Assembly (NCBI GenBank): GCA_964016885.1
Contig: OZ024743.1
Span: forward strand, 288,920,001 to 288,984,000
Source of the DNA: Eledone cirrhosa
Taxonomy: Eukaryota
Length of the DNA: 64,000 nt
Direction: 5' to 3'
The translations under genes and the position numbers were made by a program. Below the pieces are notes generated by a model. The model ran no database searches, was not told the origin of the DNA, and saw only the letters and a program-made list of their open reading frames with translations. Positions 51,181-64,000 of the stretch are shown piece by piece; the first letter of the stretch is position 1; each line of letters starts with the position of its first letter.

Positions 51181-52514
51181 TAGTAAATTATAAGCTTTCA
51201 CCGTATTTTAGTCTAAAGAAATTTCTAGCCTGATAGTGGGGTTTATAACCCTCGGAGGAATGGAAAAAGATGAGTGTTGCCGTACATGGGAGTCGAACCC
51301 ACATCTTTGGTTATACAGACCACTGTGCTACCATTACACCAATACACATCCCATCTCCTTCCATTCGAATTAGAAGCTATGAACTTAGCAAGTGAATGAT
51401 AAACAAGCAAATTATAAACGTAAACATGTGAGTATGTTTTTGAAACGGTGCGCGAGTTTGAAATTAGAAATTAGAAATTATAAGCTTTCACCGTATTTTA
51501 GACTAAAGAAATTTCTAGCCTGATAGTGGGGTTTATAACCCTCGGAGAAATGCTTAAAAGCTCGGTGAAAGCTTATAATTTCTAATTACTAATTTCAAAC
51601 TCGCGCACCGTTTCAAAAACATACTTACATGTTTACGTTTATAATTTGCTTGTTTATCATTCACTTGCTAAGTTCATAGCTTCTAATTCGAATGGAAGGA
51701 GATGGGATGTGTATTGGTGTAATGGTAGCAGAGTGGTCTGGATAACCAAATATGTGGGTTTGACTCCCATGTACGGCAACACTCATCTTTTTCCATTTCT
51801 CCGAGGGTTATAAACCCCACTATCAGGCTAGAAATTTCTTTAGTCTAAAATACGGTGAAAGCTTATAATTTCTAAGTTCAAACTTGCGCACCTTTCAAAA
51901 ACATACTTACATGTTTACGTTTATAATTTGTTTGTTTATCATTCACTTGCTAAGTTCATAGCTTCTAATTCGAATGGAAGGAGATGGGATGTGTATTGGT
52001 GTAATGGTAGCACAGTGGTCTGGATAACCAAAGATGTGGGTTCGACTGCCATGTACGGCAACACTCATCTTTTTCCATTTCTCCGAGGGTTATAAACCCC
52101 ACTATCAGGCTAGAAATGTCTTTAGTCTAAAATACGGTGAAAGCTTATAATTTCTAATTTCTAATTTCAAACTCGCGCACCGTTTCAAAAACAAACTTAC
52201 ATGTTTACGTTTATAATTTGCTTGCTTATCATTCACTTGCTAAGTTCATAGCTTCTAATTCGAATGGAATGAGATGGGATGTGTATTGATGTAATGGTAG
52301 CACAGTGGTCTGGATAACCAAAGATGTGGGTTCGACTCCCATGTACGGCAACACTCATCTTTTTCCATTTCTCTGAGGGTTATAAACCCCACTATCAGGC
52401 TAGAAATGTCTTTAGTCTAAAATATGGTGAAAGCTTATAATTTCTAATTTCTAATTTCAAACCCGCGCAACGTTTCAAAAACATACTTACATGTTTACGT
52501 TTATAATTTGCTTG
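51181..52514. repeat. ~290-bp tRNA-like tandem array; ~1.3 units minus-sense, then ~3.3 units plus-sense
   Basis: ggtgaaagcttataattt at 51564, 51854, 52136 and 52426; inverted block 51181-51552; 10-nt filler at the junction; short (TA)n on both flanks. Confidence 0.88.
51990..52060 (+). pseudogene. tRNA-like cloverleaf (also 51708-51778 +, 52280-52350 +, 51278-51348 -)
   Basis: D arm gtgt/gcac with TGGTGTAATGG; anticodon arm tggt(ctggata)acca; T arm gtggg(ttcgact)cccat in the consensus; imperfect acceptor stem. Confidence 0.7.
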
Positions 52515-52530
52515 TATATATATATATATA

Positions 52531-53106
52531 TTGGTTGAAGGCTTCCTATATTTGGGAGCAAAGATTGGGAATACGGAAGATGATGTGGTTGAGAGGAAGA
52601 GCAAAGCCTGGGCGGCGTGCTACAGCTTGAAATCGGTGTGGAAGTCGGACCTTCGTGAAGACCTGAAAATCCGCCTCTTCATTGCTGTAGTGGAGTCTGT
52701 GCTGCTGTACGGGTCTGAGACTTGGACACTTACCAAGAAACTCACTCAGATGGTGGATGGGTGCTACACGAGAATGCTGAGGATGGCTCTGAACATTAAT
52801 CAGTATACACTGAGGATGAAAAACTCAGAGCTGTATGGGAGCATCCCAAAAGTCAGCTCAAAAGTGACACAGAGGAGACTGAGGTTAGCTGGACATGCTC
52901 ACCGACATCCAGAGTTGACATTGCATTCAGTGCTCCTGTGGGAGCCCCTACATGGACACACTAGAAAAGGAAGACCAAGGTTAACGAATGTTGATGCCCT
53001 AAGGACAGACACTGGTCTGTTGGAGACACAGGATATGGCAGCGATAATGAGGGACAGAGACCGCTGGAGAGAACTCGTCCATGGATCTCGGGAATTTTAC
53101 CCGCCT
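52531..53106 (+). mobile_element. RTE-clade LINE 3' fragment
   Basis: FLYLG...SVLLYGSETWTL...RRLRLAGH...LLWEP...RKGRP...DRDRWR; (TA)n on both sides. Confidence 0.8.
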
Positions 53107-53115
53107 TATATATAT

Positions 53116-53176
<61 letters not shown>

Positions 53177-53231
53177 CAGAACACTGGAAGGTAATATTCA
53201 TAGTTGTGCGCAACGGTTCCGTATAACCGTT

Positions 53232-53284
53232 ACCAGTCCGAGCTGAAGATCCGCATAAGGTGAAACAATTCTTCTCGATATGGT
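53232..53284 (+). ncRNA. Single, slightly decayed type-I hammerhead
   Basis: cgag-CTGAAGA-tcc(gcataa)ggt-GAAA-caattc-TT-ctcg, with an outer acca/tggt pairing; just upstream of (TA)n. Confidence 0.55.
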
Positions 53285-53303
53285 GAACTAACTGTGTTAC
53301 TAC

Positions 53304-53384
<81 letters not shown>

Positions 53385-53547
53385 ATTATATATATATACA
53401 TATTATATATATATATTATATATATATATTATATATATATATTATATATATATATTATATATATATACATATTATATATATATATTATATATATATATTA
53501 TATATATATATATATTATATATTATATATATATATTATATATATATA

Positions 53548-53990
53548 ATATAAGATCAAAAGATGGTTAAAGGAGTTCCATATATTTTATTATGCGCATT
53601 TCAAAAACAAACATCATCATGCAATAATATTTGTGTTTTCATCAGATAAAACAGGAGAACATGATATGAAGGCTAAAAAACACTTGTGGATAGTGCAGTT
53701 TTAAATCAACATATATCATAAATCAATGATATGTTGATTTAAAACTGCACTATCCACAAGTGTTTTTTAGCCTTCATATCATGTTCTCCTGTTTTATCTG
53801 ATGAAAACACAAATATTATTGCATGATGATGTTTGTTTTTGAAATGCGCATAATAAAATATATGGAACTCCTTTAACCATCTTTTGATCTTATATATTAT
53901 GTATACTCCAGTCCTACAAACTGTAGAGTGCTTCTTATCCGATATCTGCATTGCTTTATTGTACTACAATAAAACTCACCTCCTACATAT
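53548..53990. mobile_element. Family F fold-back HHR element
   Basis: ~165-bp inverted arms (53548-~53714 and ~53729-53893) plus a ~95-bp right extension. HHR (+) 53790-53860: ttttat-CTGATGA-stem II-GAAA-tgcgca-TA^ataaaa. Confidence 0.85.
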
Positions 53991-53996
53991 TATATA

Positions 53997-54051
<55 letters not shown>

Positions 54052-54139
54052 ACGAAGAAATTGGATATGTTAAACGGCTGAAAATTTATATCCTTCTATT
54101 GTGAAAGGCTACCGTAAGCCATATCTTAATAATGGTTTA

Positions 54140-54320
54140 GACACAAAACCAACAATTTAGGGGAGGGGGAAAGTCAATTAAATCGATCCCACTGCATTAT
54201 TTTATCGACCCTATAAGATGAAATGCAGAGCTAACCTCGGCGGGATTTAAACTCAGAATTTAAAGGGCCGTAACTATACTGCAAAGCATGGTGTACGACG
54301 CTCTTCCGATTCTGCCAATG
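54140..54320 (-). mobile_element. Decayed SINE
   Basis: ttttatcgaccc...cctcggcgggattt...gcatggtgt...ctgccaat. Confidence 0.65.
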
Positions 54321-55820
54321 TTAATAATATAGTCGAATAAGTCGTGAAAATTAAAACTGGAGATGGAAGAGGTTGTGTAGAAAAGGCTGTAGAAATCGTA
54401 AGTAAAATTTCTCAGTGACAAAATTAAAATATAACATTCAGCAACTAAAATTATGCTTTTCAATTCTAGAACTGCAATCAGGCCTTCTTGTCCACATACA
54501 AATTTTCACTCTTTCTTTTCCAAAATCCTCGGCCCAGATTAAATATAGCCATTGACATCCTTGCTTAGGTATTTAATAACACCTTCAATATTACTCGCAT
54601 ATATTTTTATACCATATTTCTATGTTAAGCTATCTTGTAAATTTTTATGCGTGACCCCTCTTAGACTTCTGTATTTTAATTCATAGTTATGTATGTGGGT
54701 GTATGTATGTACATATATATGTACATGCATCTATGATTGTGTATATACACACACGCACATGCACACACACACACACACATTCAACACACACGTGGTAATA
54801 CACGCATAGAAACAACAGAAAAGACCCCCCACACACACACGCACTCACACTTATACACACACAAAAAAAAAACAACTAAAAACTCACAGACTTACATACA
54901 CACATACCAGTATGCACACTGAGGCACCCACGTCGCCACACACACAAACACACACACATATAGACTGAAGCCACGCACATCTACCAATATCTTCCCTTCT
55001 GCACACAATCACACGTGTACCCTACAATTTGACCGCCAGTCCGAGCATTTCGCTCACTTCCCCGTACCTTTCTTTCTTCTCCCAACCCTCTTTTCTTAAC
55101 TTCTTTTCCTAACCGTCTCACACTACTCATACGTCCATCCGTTCTCTCCTTATCCGAACGTTCCCGCAGAGGGACTTCTGTGCGGAACTTTGAACTTTAT
55201 TATATTCTATCAAGTCAGAGTAGTTGCCTTCCATATTGATATGTTTATTATTGTTTGAAATAAAACTTAATATTTAAAGTTTTTTGTATTAAAATGCAGT
55301 GGGCAAAGGAGAGAAATATATTGGAGCAAGGAAAGTTTTAATTTGACTTTTCATTGGTGGTGTTCTCTGCTGATACCACCTGTTGCACAAGCGACACATA
55401 TTTTTTCGGTGACAAAAAGCAGGATTTGAAATGCGAATGTGAATTGTCGTAAGAGATATACGAAATGATCCCGCTTACATCTTTAACATACCTTCGGCAT
55501 TCTACTGCACATGGATTGATACTGTATTTATGAGCTCCAGATGGATGAAATACGAAAATGCCCGCGTTAGAAATTGAACTCTGTTTGCAGTGAACCAGTG
55601 GGACAAAGTCTGCGGGGTTTCATCCCCACTGCACTGATGAATCTGGCAATTTCGATCCATGGTGTTTATTTAAAGTAAATCATAACAAGTTCTTATCCTG
55701 TTATATCGCAAGTTACCATTTGCGTAGACAATACGTATGTATTGTCTATCTACTATCTTTTCTGTACCAAGAATTAGTGTTATTCTTAGTTAGAGGTTCA
55801 CAGGTAGTTGTGTCTGTGTG

Positions 55821-55869
<49 letters not shown>

Positions 55870-56040
55870 TACAAACAAAAGCAGAACGCACGATTTCTAT
55901 TAACCAAAAAAACTAGTGGTTCAGATTTAGAAAATAAATATATGAAATGGAAATACCATTTGTTTAGACACTAACAATAGCTAAATGCATACAGACATGC
56001 ATGTAAATATATATATATACGTTTATATATATATTTATAT

Positions 56041-56143
<103 letters not shown>

Positions 56144-56144
56144 C

Positions 56145-56207
<63 letters not shown>

Positions 56208-56212
56208 TACAT

Positions 56213-56243
<31 letters not shown>

Positions 56244-56859
56244 AACTTTATACATAAATATACTCACATATTTGTGCGTACATGTTGGAATTCCATCTTG
56301 TGGGATAAAACAATAGTAATGACAGTAAAAAACAAAACAAGAAAAGCAAAGAAATACATAAATAGAACTCGATTAGCACGAGCAAGAAAATTGCACTACA
56401 ACCAACAGAAACAACAGCATCAACAACATCAAAATATCTAATGTCACTACTACTACTAATAATATTAATTAAGAAGTAAAAAAACAAATGAGAAGATATG
56501 AAAATCTTGTCTATTTTCAAATGTTTTGTCTTGACGTCCTAAAGATAGATTAACTAACGAACGTCAGTTTACATCACAAGCAACAGTACTGTTATTTTTA
56601 TTATTAGTATTATTATTAATAGTAGTAGTAGTAGCAACAGCGGTAGTTTCTTGCTGTTGTTGGTGTAGCTGTTGATGTTTTAATATAAATGTTCGTTGTT
56701 ATATATCCTTTCATAATTAACACACACATTTATATATACATACATGTGTATACATACATACGTATACATACATACATGTACATACATACACACATATATA
56801 TATATATATATATACATATATATATACATAGCTATATATGCATATATATCTATATATCC

Positions 56860-56932
<73 letters not shown>

Positions 56933-57319
56933 CATACATATATATATATATATATATACATAGATATATATACATATATATATATATACATACATATATA
57001 TACATATATATATATATACATACATATATATATATACATATATATGTATACATACATATATATATATACATAGATATATATACATATATATCTATATATC
57101 TATATATACATATATATTATATATACATACATATATATTATATATACATACATATTATATATATACATATACATACACATACATACAAATATATTATATA
57201 TATACATACACATACATACACACACACAGACACATATATACATATATATATATATATACATATATATATACATAGCTATATATACATATACATATATATC
57301 TATATATATCTATATATAT

Positions 57320-57373
<54 letters not shown>

Positions 57374-57645
57374 TGATTTACTCAAGACAGTTCTATCTAC
57401 TTATAAAGTAGCCAACTTGGCTACAGACGTATCCATTCTATGTTTCTTGACTTGTATTGGTTTCAATCATAAGCATTAAATATTTAGGTACTTCGGCAAA
57501 GGCTGATACACAATAGTAAAACATTTGTTTCATATATCTCAGTAACGAAAACATAGTACTGTTTATATAATGGTAATATGACAACGACACCAAAAATAAT
57601 TACAAGAAAGTATAATCTCAGCCACATCACATGTAACAATATTAC

Positions 57646-58110
57646 AAATTGTTTCTACTTTTTGGCACAAGGCCAGCAATTACCCCAGTGTATTACTGGT
57701 ACTTTATTTTATCAAGCCCGTAAGGATGAAAGGCAAAGTTAACCACGGCGGGATTTGAACTCAGTCCGTAAAGGGACGTAACTGTGCTGCAAAGCATGGC
57801 ATCCGACCCTCTACCGACACTACCAATCCACAGCCTTATTATTGCGAATAATAATGGTTTCTTATATAGGCACAAGGCCAGCAATTTTGGGGAAGGGGAA
57901 AGTCGATTAAATTGATCCCAGTGAGTGACTGGTACTTTATTTTATCGATCCCGTAAGGTTGAAAGGCAAAGGTAACCTCGTCGGTATTTGAACTCAGAAT
58001 GGCAAGGGCCGTAACTCTATGCGTCAAAGCATGGCGTCCGACCCTCTACCGATACTGCCAACCCACCAATAATGATGATGATAATGTCATTATTTCTGTT
58101 GCTGCCAGTG

Positions 58111-58158
<48 letters not shown>

Positions 58159-58760
58159 ATGATAACAACAATAATGAACGGCAATAACTGTAATACTAAT
58201 ACGAATAGATTTTAATTTAGTCACCAGGGAAGCAATTTACGGAAAAGGATAAGTCGATTATATTGACATTAGTACATGACTGGTAGATTATCGACCCAGT
58301 AAGATGAAAAGCAAATTATACCTTGGCTGCATTCAAACTCAGAACGTAAAGAGCCCAAACATATATCGTAAAGCATTTGTGCCATATTCTAACGACTCTA
58401 CCAATCCGGCACACTATAATAGTAATAATAATTGTTTCTACTTGTGGCACAAGGCCAGCAATTACCCAGTATATTACTGGTACTTTATTTTATCGACCCC
58501 GTAAGGATGAAAGGCAAAGTTAACCTCGGCGGGATTTGAACTCAGATCATAAAGGGACGTAGCTATGCTGGAAAGCATGTCCGACCCTCTACCGATACTG
58601 CCAATTCACATGGTTTCTTATATAGGCACAAGCCAAGCAATTTTTGGGGGAGGCGAAAGTCGATTAAATCGACCCCCAGTGCGTGACTGGTACGTAATTT
58701 TATTGATGCCTTGGCGGGATTTTATGTCAGAACGTAAAGAGCCGTAATTCTCTACTGATA
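57646..58760 (-). mobile_element. Cluster of ~5 same-orientation SINE copies
   Basis: Repeated ggcacaaggccagcaat...atcgaccc...gaaaggcaaag...tttgaactcag units near 57646, 57852, 58210, 58430 and 58612. Confidence 0.8.
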
Positions 58761-58844
58761 AGCTTATAATAATAATAATATTAATAATAATAATAATAAT
58801 AATTATAATAATAATAATAATAATAATAATTATAATAATAATAA

Positions 58845-59617
58845 TGGAAGTGGTTAAAAAGAGGAGACCTTAAAAAGGCTACAGAAGGAATGCTAATGGC
58901 TGCGCAAGAGCAGGCCCTCAGAAGGAAGTGGGTGAAACACCATATTTACAAGGAGGAGGCTAGCCCACTGTGTAGGATCTGTGAAGAGCGAGAAGAGACT
59001 GTGGCTCACATTGTATCCGAGTGTAAACACCTAGCCCAGACTCACTATAAAGGCTGGGGCCATGATGTGTTGGGCAGGGTGATCCACTGGCACCTATGCA
59101 AAGTAAACAATTTACCACATTCTGAGAAGTGGTATGAGCAGAAGCCAAAATCGGTGATAGAAAACGATCAGGTGAAGGTGCTGTGGGATTTTAGGATACA
59201 GACGGACAATAAATTAGAACACAATAGGCCTGACCTGGTGGTTTTCGACGAGGAAAAAAGATCGTGCCTGATTGTAGATGTAGCCTGCCCATTTGACACG
59301 AGAGTGCAAGAAAAGGAGAGGGAGAAAATTAACCGATACCAGGACTTAAAGTGGGAGGTAAAAAGGATTTGTAACTGCCATGAAGTCAAGGTTGTCCCGA
59401 TTCTCATAGATGCACTAGGTACTATCTCAAAGAGTTTTCAAGGATGCTTAAAGAAGATTAGTCCAGCCCCGCTTTTTGGAACACTTCAAAAGGCATGCTT
59501 GCTGGGAACAACAAGAACCCTACGGTACGTCCTGAATATTTGAGGCTGCAGGTAGCGGCTTGATATTCATTTCAAACAAACTTTCCAGTTAAATAACATC
59601 AATGACTGAGACTCAAA

Positions 59618-59618
<1 letters not shown>
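58845..59618 (+). mobile_element. R4/Dong-like LINE 3' fragment (family 1)
   Basis: TEGMLMAAQEQAL; CRIC...ETVAHIVSEC; RPDLVVFD...IVDVACP...EK..RYQDL (restriction-like endonuclease); (AAT)n on both sides. Confidence 0.85.
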
Positions 59619-59683
<65 letters not shown>

Positions 59684-61084
59684 GGACTAGATAAAGAACG
59701 GAATTGAATATGCAAGGAATAGGATCGATGCCATAAACACGCTTGCCATACCAGTAGTAACCTACAGTTACAATGTCATCAACTGGTCAAGCACAGAGAT
59801 CCGTAGGCTCGATACAAAAATTCGAAAATTCTTAACCATGCACAGAATGCATCACCCTAAGGCAGATATAGATAGAATATATCTCCCTAGGAAAGAAGGA
59901 GGACGTGGGTTAATCCAGTTAGACATTGCGTTGAAAACTGCAACAATTGGATTATCTACATATCTAAGGGAATCACATGATTGGATGATCAAACTCGTTT
60001 TGAAACACGAAAGCATCAAAAGATCATATTCCATTACAAAAGATGCACAAAGATACAGTAATGGACTACAAATTTCAGAAGTCCCATTTACTGCTGAAAT
60101 GGAAAACACAGAAAAAGCAAAGCAGGTAAAAGTAACTGCAAAGAAAGAACTGCTACAGAAACTGGCTAAGAAATGGCAAGAAAAGCTTCTGTATGGAAAA
60201 ATACCCAGAGCGAGCTAACAATCCTGATGTTGACAAAACTTTAACCCATCAGTGGTTGGCATCCTCTGGACTGAAATCGGAGACTGAAGGACTGATTATA
60301 TCGGCACAAGATCAGTGTCTGCCAACAAAAAATTACCAAACCAACATAATAAAAAATGGGTGCAGCCCATTATGCCGTGTATGCAAAAGACAACCAGAGA
60401 CCATTGACCATATAATTTCAATGTGCAGTCCTATAGCTCCAACCGAATACCTAAACAGGCATGACAGAGCTGCACAATACATACATTGGATAATGTGTAA
60501 GCATTTTGACATGCCCCATCAAAAGAATTGGTGGGAGCATCAACCACCTCCCATACTTGAAAAAGATCACATCTCAATCTTGTGGAACTTTAGCATCCAA
60601 ACAGACCGAAAAATAGATGCAAATAGACCTGATATAATATTGAAGGACTTTAAAAAGAGGGTATGCCTGCTAATTGATATGTCTGTTCCAATAGACAAGA
60701 ATGTATCTATAAAAACATTTGAAAAATTGAGCAAGTATAAGGACCTGGAGATAGAAATTGGAAAAATGTGGAAATTGAGAACTAAAACAATACCAGTGGT
60801 TGTAGGCGCTCTGGGAATGATACCTAAGGGGTCTAATGATTACTTATCGCAAATCCCAGGAAACCCGCGTATAGGAGAAATACAAAAGATAGTACTAATG
60901 GGAACTGCCCATATACTAAGGAAGATTCTGTCAATATAAGTACATCACAAGTCTAAACTCTAAAGATGCATGTGTGAATACGTATGTTCTTTCTTGAACA
61001 TGGCGGACCTTGTTGTCTCTTGAGGTCACTGGTTGTGACTTGGTGATAACTCGTATGAACATAAAGCAAGATAAATGCAACTGT
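59684..61084 (+). mobile_element. R4/Dong-like LINE 3' fragment (family 2)
   Basis: RIYLPRKEGGRGL; CRVC...ETIDHIISMC; RHD; RPDIILKD...LIDMSVP...EKLSKY; (AAT)n on both sides; nearly identical to 63283-64000. Confidence 0.88.
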
Positions 61085-61106
61085 AATAATAATAATAATA
61101 ATAATA

Positions 61107-64000
61107 AAGAAGTCCTTGAGGCTTTCTACACTGCCATGTACTACCCATCAAATACATCGAATACAGAACAGACATATATCAACTGGAAAAAGAAACATCC
61201 CGAAAACAGAGGCTATATTGACAGTAACAAACTAGCCAATATACGAAGAAATATTGTAAGAAAAAAGTTACTAACTGATATAGAAATTCATCAGATCAAG
61301 CTATTAGCACAAAGTCAGCGAAGGGAAAATGAAACATGTGTCAGTGAAAACGAGGTAAACTGTAACACTTCGAATCCCAGGGTTGGGGCGGAATCACTGG
61401 TAACAGAACAAATTAAAGAAAGGATCGAACAAGTGGAGGGAGTACATGCTCAGGATGAAACTCCAAATGAAAATAATGAGATCGTAAATGATAAAGAAAT
61501 GAATGAGAATGAACTTGCCAACTTGAAGGATGAAATTATGATCGAATGGATGAAAATGAAAGAATCTGACATGGGGCAACGAGACACCCTCCCTAAGATC
61601 CAGAACTCCAAACAGAACCAAAAGATAATACACAAGACTAACATAATTCTCAAAAACATTATCATCACAAACAAACTAAACATTACTAATTTAAATCATC
61701 TCTATTATGCATCGGCTAAAGTCACCACTCACTTATGTGGAGTGAAGATGAAAAAACAAAGGAATTCCCACAAGAAATCTACTTGGCAAGAGAACATCAA
61801 TCGCCAAATAAACCTTCTCCGATCTGACATAGAAATTTTAACAAACTATAAAGTAGGTGAACATGTTAAACAAACTAAACTTAGAAAATTGGAAAAAAAG
61901 TACAGTATAAAATCAACATGTGACATAGACATGCTGATAGAAATAATCAAGCAAAAAGTGTCGGCCAAAGCTGCTCGTATAAGGCGCTTTGAAAAACGAT
62001 CTAGATTCTATAAGGAAAATAATATGTTCAAAAACAACCAAAGAAACTTCTACAGAAAAATTGGTAAGTCAACAATAACTGCTAAATCAATACCACCCAA
62101 GGAGGAAGTGTAAGAATTCTGGGAAAAGATCTGGGCCGAAGAAAAAGTTCATAACATACATGCCCCATGGATAGACAGACAAATGAAAGATACAGCTCAC
62201 CTTGAGGAACAAATATGGGAAAATATAACAGTTGAACAGTTGCGCTTGGCTCTAAGAAAAACCAGCAAATGGAAATCCCCAGGAAAAGACAAAATACAAA
62301 ACTTTTGGATAAATGCCTTCACAGAGTCTCATGAGCTGTTAGCCCAACTTTACAATGAAATAGTTAAGGAGCCAGAAAAGATACCATCATGGCTAGTTAA
62401 CGGCATTACATTCCTGCCTCCGAAGAATGATGAGACAAACAATCCCCAAAATTACAGACCGATAACTTGCTTGACCACAATGTATAAAATTTTAACATCA
62501 GTCCTAACTGAATACACATATGACCACCTGATAACAAATGACCTATTTCCCATTGAGCAGAAAGGGTGTAAACGAGGCTCATATGGCTGTAAGGATCAGA
62601 TTCTGGTTAACAAAATGATACTGGAAGATTGTCATAATAGACACAAAAATCTATCGATTGCTTGGATAGATTATAAAAAAGCATTCGATAGTTTGCCACA
62701 CAGTTGGATTGAAAAATGTTTAGAGATTTTCAAAATATCCCCCGTTGTCAGGAGGTTTTTGTCATTCAGTATGAAGACATGGAAAACGACACTCCTTTTG
62801 AATAGTGAAACAAAATCACTGGAAGCTGGAGAAGTTAATATTAATTGTGGAATTTTTCAGGGTGACTCTTTATCACCGCTTTTATTCTGCATCGCACTTA
62901 TACCATTAAGTAAAATGCTCAATGAAACAAAACATGGATATAAAGTCTATGACAAAACCATTAATCACCTGTTCTACATGGATGACCTGAAACTATTTGC
63001 AAAAAATGATGAACAATTGCAAGGGCTATTATCCACTGTGGAGCAGTTCAGTGATGACATTAAAATGGAGTTTGGACTAGATAAATGCGCCAAAGCAACG
63101 TTCACCAGAGGAAAGCTGCTGAAGAGTTCAGACATTAATCTTGATCGGGGGAACGTGATAAGAGAACTTGATCAAGAAAAAACTTACAAATATCTAGGTG
63201 TTTGTGAAGGAGACGGAATCAAGCACTCGACAATGAGGGAAAGGATAAGGAAGGAATGTTACCGCAGAGTCAGAGCAATCTTAAGAACGGAATTGAATGC
63301 AAGGAATAGGATCGATGCCATAAACACGCTTGCCATACCAGTAGTAACCTACAGTTACAATGTCATCAACTGGTCAAGCACAGAGATCCGTAGGCTCGAT
63401 ACAAAAATTCGAAAATTCTTAACCATGCACAGAATGCATCACCCTAAGGCAGATATAGATAGAATATATCTCCCTAGGAAAGAAGGAGGACGTGGGTTAA
63501 TCCAGTTAGACATTGCGTTGAAAACTGCAACAATTGGATTATCTACATATCTAAGGGAATCACATGATTGGATGATCAAACTCGTTTTGAAACACGAAAG
63601 CATCAAAAGATCATATTCCATTACAAAAGATGCACAAAGATACAGTAATGGACTACAAATTTCAGAAGTCCCATTTACTGCTGAAATGGAAAACACAGAA
63701 AAAGCAAAGCAGGTAAAAGTAACTGCAAAGAAAGAACTGCTACAGAAACTGGCTAAGAAATGGCAAGAAAAGCCTCTGTATGGAAAATACCCAGAGCGAG
63801 CTAACAATCCTGATGTTGACAAAACTTTAACCCATCAGTGGTTGGCATCCTCTGGACTGAAATCGGAGACTGAAGGACTGATTATATCAGCACAAGATCA
63901 GTGTCTGCCAACAAAAAATTACCAAGCCAACATAATAAAAAATGGGTGCAGCCCATTATGCCGTGTATGCAAAAAACAACCAGAGACCATTGACCATATA
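61107..64000 (+). mobile_element. R4/Dong-like LINE (family 2), near-intact ORF with one in-frame stop at 62111, runs off the window end
   Basis: WKSPGKD; NYRPITCL; EQKGC; WIDYKKAFDS; GIFQGDSLSPLLF; HLFYMDDLK; YKYLG; begins directly after (AAT)n. Confidence 0.9.

Noticed and set aside
51278-52350. Functional tRNA-Ser(GGA) gene cluster
   Set aside because: Short variable loop, pyrimidine 3' of the anticodon, mismatched acceptor stem and copy-specific box mutations.
61010-61106. N-terminus of the 367-aa ORF
   Set aside because: It reads through the previous element's 3' UTR and (AAT)n; not a real start.

Overview
This is an AT-rich eukaryotic (metazoan) repeat region, and I can support no host protein-coding gene in it. 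The SINEs resemble those I know from octopus genomes, so a cephalopod origin is an inference. The window is dominated by very long (TA)n tracts and transposable-element remnants. These are a Neptune-type Penelope-like element (PLE) 3' half, a second PLE C-terminal remnant, a DD37D/maT transposon, a decayed ~6.3-kb Helitron, Tx1-like LINEs stacked in (TCTA)n, R4/Dong-like LINEs stacked in (AAT)n, an RTE fragment, a MITE and many SINEs. The most striking signal is a recurring architecture. At least six sequence families of small non-coding units carry type-I minimal hammerhead ribozymes (HHRs). They sit in or beside (TA)n as head-to-head fold-backs, with both 3' ends pointing outward. One is a near-perfect 310-bp tandem array (10 HHRs) whose inversion junction coincides with the predicted self-cleavage site. 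A seventh family, a 290-bp unit carrying a tRNA-like cloverleaf, has the same inverted-array layout. All folds were read by eye and were not computed.
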